Below are positions 59,109-64,000 of a DNA stretch of 64,000 bases, one piece after another (within the stretch, counting starts at the first letter, position 1; the number at the start of each line of letters is the position of its first letter). The notes beneath the pieces are model-generated. The model made no database searches and was not told the origin of the DNA. It worked only from the letters and a program-made list of their open reading frames with translations. The DNA comes from Nemertoderma westbladi (lineage: Eukaryota; Animalia; Xenacoelomorpha), in NCBI GenBank assembly GCA_032718475.1, contig JAUCBJ010007522.1, positions 1 to 64,000 of the forward strand. Direction: 5' to 3'. The position numbers were made by a program, and so were the translations under genes.

Positions 59109-59672
59109 TTAAAAAATACTTTTTTCGCAGTGTTTCAGTTTGCCTTTTTTTATATTTCTCTTTTTACTACGTCGATGAGGTATGTTCATAGACATTGGTC
59201 TAGCGGGTCGCTTTAAATCTCTATAAACTTTTTCTACAACAGATCTGGTTGATTGTTTCATTTTATTTAATGCTTTATTAATAACCGTATTAGCCTGCTG
59301 ATGTAAGACCCGCTTACCTTTTGGTATTACGTGTTGTCTCATAAATTTTGTGGTAAATGGTAAAGCTTTTTGTAACACTTTTTTAGCTAATGGTTTACCA
59401 AATTTTTTCAATGTAGATAAAGCGTCTGTAAATATACCTTCCCCGTGTTGATTTGTCCTCATACCTCTAGGATAACGTTGAAAATGACGTTGTTTTAAGT
59501 TTGGACCAAATGCACCAATTTGTTGACCGTAAGGGTCAATATATGAACCACCTCGAAAAACAGGAACTTGCGTCGAGCCTCTGGTACTTCTTCCGCCTTT
59601 AAAAACAGCAAGGTTAGAGTCTGAACCCCCATATTGTGGTTTACTGTATCTTTGAAATAAATCGGAATCCAT
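59109..59672 (-). CDS. Basic virion core / membrane-active precursor protein
   Basis: Repeated xxGG motifs (QYGG, FKGG, FRGG), QHGEG followed by amphipathic IFTDALSTLKKFGKPLAKKVL, Lys/Arg-rich tail; position between penton and MCP. Confidence 0.65.
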   Translation of the reverse strand: MDSDLFQRYSKPQYGGSDSNLAVFKGGRSTRGSTQVPVFRGGSYIDPYGQQIGAFGPNLKQRHFQRYPRGMRTNQHGEGIFTDALSTLKKFGKPLAKKVLQKALPFTTKFMRQHVIPKGKRVLHQQANTVINKALNKMKQSTRSVVEKVYRDLKRPARPMSMNIPHRRSKKRNIKKGKLKHCEKSIF

Positions 59673-59673
59673 T

Positions 59674-60528
59674 TTAATTTATTTTTTTAAAGTGTAAGGT
59701 AATACAAGTTGTCCCGTATTCAAAATTCAAATCTTTTCCTTGTTTGTCTGTTATTTCAATATGAATGTATGTTATCTTATATGATTTTTTTACAGGGATA
59801 TAATGAATTGTATCCTTGGCAAATTCTTTATTTATTACACTACCATATTTCACGTCATCAGGTATCGCCACGCGACGAAGTAAAGCTAAGCCAAAATCGT
59901 TAATATATTGATTTTCAATTATATTAGTAGTCACGTACATGTTCGACTTAGGTTCTGGAATAGAGTTGGGTGGTTGGGGGCATAAAAATACCATCTGGAA
60001 AGTTTTTTCTTCATTTCCGATAACCTTTATTAAATAACCCTTTATATTATTTTTCGTCTTCAAAATAATTTTAAAATTTGGATTTAAATTCGCGCCGAGA
60101 TTATTTTCAGTAATTCCAAAATAATAGGCTAATTGTTGACCTATAAATAACTCTCGCACAGTTTTCCCTAAAATAAATTGCAATCTATTTTGCTGAGTAT
60201 TTTCAACTATTTGTAATTTATCTTTCAATGTCCCCGTGTTAAAATAATCTATAATGTCGTTGATACTGTAGAATAAACCAGATGGAAGTGTATCCTCAAA
60301 AATTTTTTTCCCTTTTTTTAATAAAATAACATTCTCTACATTGTTATACATGGACGGCAACGTTGCTAAGTAAAATATACTTTTTATACCTACCACCCAG
60401 TTTTCGTTTGGATTTATAGGTAAGGCGCCGTGGAAATTTATCTGATAATTACTAGCGCTATTGCGGGGAAAATCAATCGGACAGGAATTACTTGGTAGTC
60501 TAACGTAGAACTCATCCATCACCGCCAC
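59674..60528 (-). CDS. Minor capsid protein (penton, PX) paralogue 1
   Basis: FYVRLPSNS..FPRN, WVVG, MYVTTNII..LLRRV, YIPV, IEITDKQG..F..G...ITLHFKK. Confidence 0.9.
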   Translation of the reverse strand: MAVMDEFYVRLPSNSCPIDFPRNSASNYQINFHGALPINPNENWVVGIKSIFYLATLPSMYNNVENVILLKKGKKIFEDTLPSGLFYSINDIIDYFNTGTLKDKLQIVENTQQNRLQFILGKTVRELFIGQQLAYYFGITENNLGANLNPNFKIILKTKNNIKGYLIKVIGNEEKTFQMVFLCPQPPNSIPEPKSNMYVTTNIIENQYINDFGLALLRRVAIPDDVKYGSVINKEFAKDTIHYIPVKKSYKITYIHIEITDKQGKDLNFEYGTTCITLHFKKIN

Positions 60529-61384
60529 CCCGTATTAACTTAAGTGTTATAACAGTGCGACCTCCGCTGAAGTTAATTAATTGGCCTTGGCCGTCACGTA
60601 AAGTAATTAAGATTGTTTTTAGTTTTTTATTCAACAATGGGAAATAGCAAATGCTCTCGTATTCGTGATTAATATATTTTCGATTTAATTGCGTTAAAGG
60701 GCAGGTTCTTAAGAGCGGAGCTAAAGCGTCGCCAACAAATGAGCTCTTAATAATATCTGTGTATATAAAGATAGTGTCTTTATTACGTGTTATATTTGTG
60801 GGAGCTGGAAAATCTAAAATGCCAATTTCCGAAATTTTTAGCCCACTATAATTTAAAATTAATATCGGCTGTTCTATATTGCTTAATTCATCTACTGTAG
60901 TGGTACTGTATATATCCCAATTCGGAATATCCGGATGATTCCGATCCAATAACGGTTTTAAGCCTAGAATTTGTATTAAATCGCCGCGTAGACTTAATTG
61001 TATTTTTTTCAACTTTTTAGGAAATTTAAATTTAATTCTAGAATTATTTGTATTAAAAATGAATTCGAAATCTCTATATTTCGCTTCAGAATTAAACAGT
61101 TTATTTATATCATCAATAATCACTTGAATAGAGTTATGCATACCAGGGAATAAACTATATAATTTGGCATCTTTTGCATCTACCCCAATTGACAGCGAAA
61201 TTTGAGTTTGCAGCGTAATATTACTGTATGTTGCTTGGTATTGAAGTTCGGCAAGTCCAATTTTGGCATTTGGACCAATATATAATTCTTCGGATAAATC
61301 AACAGTAAACTCACTAGGATTATTATTGGGATAAGTGTTCAATGAGCTATCTGAAAGTAGAGTGATATATGTATCTGTGGCCAT
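60512..61384 (-). CDS. Minor capsid protein (penton, PX) paralogue 2
   Basis: YITLLSDSS..YPNN..FTVDL, IGLAEL, IFIYTDII..VGD..APLLR, YFPL, LRDGQG..F..G.TVITLKL. Confidence 0.9.
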   Translation of the reverse strand: MATDTYITLLSDSSLNTYPNNNPSEFTVDLSEELYIGPNAKIGLAELQYQATYSNITLQTQISLSIGVDAKDAKLYSLFPGMHNSIQVIIDDINKLFNSEAKYRDFEFIFNTNNSRIKFKFPKKLKKIQLSLRGDLIQILGLKPLLDRNHPDIPNWDIYSTTTVDELSNIEQPILILNYSGLKISEIGILDFPAPTNITRNKDTIFIYTDIIKSSFVGDALAPLLRTCPLTQLNRKYINHEYESICYFPLLNKKLKTILITLRDGQGQLINFSGGRTVITLKLIRGGGDG

Positions 61385-61635
61385 TATTATTATTATTTAA
61401 GCTCGCTCTCTCTCTACTTGACTCCTTTGTACATACAGTATAATGTTAAATTATAGACATCTGTGACCACGTTCATTGCCAGCATCTTCTACAGTATATG
61501 CGTGGGATCAATATTTTACTGGCTTTATTTAAAGCGGATGAACTATAGATATAGTAATATCATTCGAGTTAATATTATTGATTAATTACGGTCATATGCG
61601 ACCAAAATGAATTAATATACAGTATAAACCTAAGC

Positions 61636-62715
61636 TTATTGAATATGCTGTACCCAGGACTGTTTCTTGGATCCGATGAATCGGACTAAATATTCTTTCT
61701 TCCCATTGCGTACACGTTCTTTAAGTTTGCCAATATTTTTTTTGTCAATTGCTAGATAAATATTATTTTTCGGGTGGACCTTTTGAAGTTCGTGAGAATA
61801 AAATGAGCCCTTTATTATAGCTCCGGTGCTGTCCTTAATATCGAACATTACCGCTGGTACTCTATCCAACCTGACCCGATGAATAATAAATAATTCACGT
61901 GTCCATTGTTCTCGATAGCCTTTAGCAAAAGCAGTACGAGCAATAGATAATCGTACTGTATCTCCAACTTTAAATTTTATTTTCTTGTGATTTATCTGTC
62001 TATATTTCCCATATAATCTATTCATTAATTCAGTTTCATTAAATTTATTAACTTCAATAGGTGTCATTTGTATTGTTCTATGATACGACCTATTATAAGC
62101 CGAGATAAGCTTAGGTAAAATTTTTATCCAAATATTATTTCCCCTTTGCGTGAAAATTTTGAACATCTTTGTTTTTAATGTTCTATTGAATCTCTCGACA
62201 ATAGCCGCCTTATTCACAGAATACATTACGTAATACTGTATACCTAACGTATCTAAATATTTCCTTACAGATTTATTTAGAAACTCAGACCCTTGATCCG
62301 TGGCGATTCTGTTTGGTTTTCCTTTCTGGAATATTTTTTGCAATATACTAATAATTTCATCACCCTTTTTTGTTTTCATAGCATAGCCAAAAGCAAGCCG
62401 ACTGAAGGCATCAATGCATGTTAATATATAGTTATAATTATTATTTTGCGACTTATATTGCTGCATATCCACCAGATCTATCATATATATATCTTTTATG
62501 CCTCCCGTAAATATTTTAGATGTTGGATAATGTTGTCTACGTGGAGCGTGAAGGGTGTATGTCTTTTGTCCGCTCAACCATTTCTGGGCTTACGTCGGTT
62601 TGATGTTTGCAGCTTTTGCTAATTTTGCAACACTTGCAAATCCCGCGGGGGATGAAGGATCTAAATAAATTCTTAACAGTTTTTTGTCTAAGCTTCGGCT
62701 TAAAATCGGTTTCAT
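61636..62715 (-). pseudogene. Retroviral-type (rve) integrase with chromodomain-like tail; in-frame TAA at codon 42 (62590-62592)
   Basis: Probable true start ATG 62715: MKPILSRS..YLDPSSPAGFAS..KPT*AQKWLSGQKTYTLH. DDE residues in DLVDM, TDQGSEF, VERFNRTLK; KGY..QWTRELF, GSFY..EL, EYLVRFIG....SWV. Confidence 0.93.
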
Positions 62716-62951
62716 CTTGCGAGGCATCTTTTCGACAACCACAAGTAATATGTATATTCAAATCTCTTATAAAGGGCATCACCGTAAGAACAACACTGAA
62801 ATTTTTTAATTATTTTCTTCGAAGTTGATGTTTTAAAGGGTTTTCTTTTTGTAGTATTTACTCTAGGTATATCTTGTGGTTTTAAATCAGTAGCTAACGG
62901 TTTACTCGATACTAAATATAATTTTCTAAATGTTACTCCCATTTTAACCAT
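62712..62951 (-). CDS. Small basic Polinton protein
   Basis: 79 aa, tightly packed (ATGA overlap with integrase start); FRKLYLVS resembles the KKMxLV start typical of the gene following PW. Confidence 0.45.
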   Translation of the reverse strand: MVKMGVTFRKLYLVSSKPLATDLKPQDIPRVNTTKRKPFKTSTSKKIIKKFQCCSYGDALYKRFEYTYYLWLSKRCLAR

Positions 62952-62957
62952 TATTAC

Positions 62958-63341
62958 CTACCGTCCACGGTTAATTTTTTTCGCAATAGCAGCCCCAGCG
63001 GCAGCGGCACCGGCACTCGCGGCTAGTTTCGCACCAATGCCGAGTAAGGGTATTAGAAACGGTAGTATGCCTCCAGATTGATTGCTTAACTTTTTTCTGT
63101 AACTTGATATATTTTTTGTCTTACGGTTGAGTGATTTCAATACCTTCTTATAGCGGCGAATATTTCTAAATGAATGAGGGGTCAATTGTACATTACCTAT
63201 TAGAACATTTAATGCAGTATTTACAATGAGCCGTATTAATTCGTTACTGGCGGTATGGTTAATAAAATAAGTTCTTTGTTGAGGGGTAGCGCTGCGTAGA
63301 AATTCCAGCTCGTTACGATATTTCTGCACAAGTCTATTCAT
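62958..63341 (-). CDS. Conserved Polinton PW-like structural protein
   Basis: ALNVLIGNVQLT..RRYKKVLKSL..RKKL..QSGGILPFLIPLL with hydrophobic tail. Confidence 0.75.
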   Translation of the reverse strand: MNRLVQKYRNELEFLRSATPQQRTYFINHTASNELIRLIVNTALNVLIGNVQLTPHSFRNIRRYKKVLKSLNRKTKNISSYRKKLSNQSGGILPFLIPLLGIGAKLAASAGAAAAGAAIAKKINRGR

Positions 63342-63378
63342 TGTTGCAACATTATTGAATATTGTTACAAAATATTAA

Positions 63379-64000
63379 TTATTTATCATTATTATTATTA
63401 TTATTATTTTCGCTACGTTTATAGTCAGTGTAATTTTTAATGTAACAATTATGATTACGAAATATATCAGATCTAAATCTTAAATGTTCGGGTGTTTCCT
63501 GTCGTAAATCAATTAAGAAATGTGAAAATGGCTCAATTGTCGCATCTTGATAGGAATCAACTAAAAATTTGGTCTGCCCTGGTAACATCTGCTTCGCGAA
63601 ATTTAAAACCGATAGACTGTCTCTCGGATTTTTCATTAATACTAAAGTATGGCTATTAATTGATCTTGTGCGGTTATGCTTCCCACCGTAAAACATGTTT
63701 TGCGTTATAAAACAAATAAATATATTGGAATGATGTGCTACCTTAGTAAACAATACAGTTAATGCTGTACTGGACTCAGTTTCTGTTAACAAATCATCTA
63801 TAATTAATAAATCTCGACTATTGACTAATCTATCTATATTTTCAGGCAAACCTTTGTAAAGGTGAGTAATACCAGGAATAGTCGGGGGATTGCTCCCGTA
63901 ACAATACAATACTCGCAAAGGGGCTTCGTTGAAGCAGCCATTCTTGTGTTTAATTAAATTCCCCACAAAGGTTGACTTTCCGGAACCAGATGGCCCAGAA
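63379..64000 (-). CDS. FtsK/A32-like genome-packaging ATPase, 5' end outside window
   Basis: Walker A GPSGSGKST at the window edge, Walker B LLIIDDL, FTK..HH, ITQN, RSINSH..MKNPRD, LIDL..TP..LRFR. Confidence 0.95.
   Translation of the reverse strand, partial: SGPSGSGKSTFVGNLIKHKNGCFNEAPLRVLYCYGSNPPTIPGITHLYKGLPENIDRLVNSRDLLIIDDLLTETESSTALTVLFTKVAHHSNIFICFITQNMFYGGKHNRTRSINSHTLVLMKNPRDSLSVLNFAKQMLPGQTKFLVDSYQDATIEPFSHFLIDLRQETPEHLRFRSDIFRNHNCYIKNYTDYKRSENNNNNNNDK

Larger units (their letters stand above)
47468..64000 (+). mobile_element. Polinton/Maverick (adintovirus-like) element 2, continues right of window
   Basis: Begins AGTAGTAGGAGAAG at 47468 (inferred terminus; candidate TSD CACGTC 47462-47467); pPolB, integrase, adenain, MCP, pentons and ATPase present. 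Confidence 0.93.

Noticed and set aside
48700-62592. Alternative genetic code (TGA=Trp, TAA=Glu) suggested by the in-frame stops in Polinton 2
   Set aside because: Only one stop per gene among many Trp/Glu codons; the two alignable ones are single substitutions from TGG and GAA; TAA/TGA also end genes normally and copy 1 has none.

Overview
Eukaryotic, AT-rich window, probably from an animal (marine invertebrate by repeat content; host not identifiable from sequence). It is made almost entirely of nested mobile elements, and no host gene was recognised. Two diverged Polinton/Maverick (adintovirus-like) endogenous viruses point away from each other. Polinton 1 (1..7477, left-truncated) carries PC4-like, pPolB and TBP-like genes on the minus strand. 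Polinton 2 (47468..>64000) carries the same trio on the plus strand, plus a minus-strand block: packaging ATPase, PW-like protein, integrase, two pentons, core protein, major capsid, adenain protease and a Maelstrom/arenavirus-NP-like DEDD-fold protein. Between them lie several BEL/Pao LTR retroelements, RTE-like LINE fragments, a Deu/Nin-type SINE, a non-autonomous CMC/EnSpm-like DNA transposon and an orphan Polinton terminus. Most unusual: (i) a BEL/Pao element with a large accessory ORF encoding a WRN/EXD/Mut-7-like DEDDy 3'-5' exonuclease plus zinc knuckles, with direct evidence of purifying selection; (ii) Polintons encoding a TATA-binding-protein-like gene overlapping the polymerase stop, plus a PC4-like gene; (iii) a BEL Gag-protease element that lost RT/RNase H and integrase by two apparently in-frame deletions and carries an unknown accessory ORF. 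All family assignments are by eye from motifs; no database search was run.
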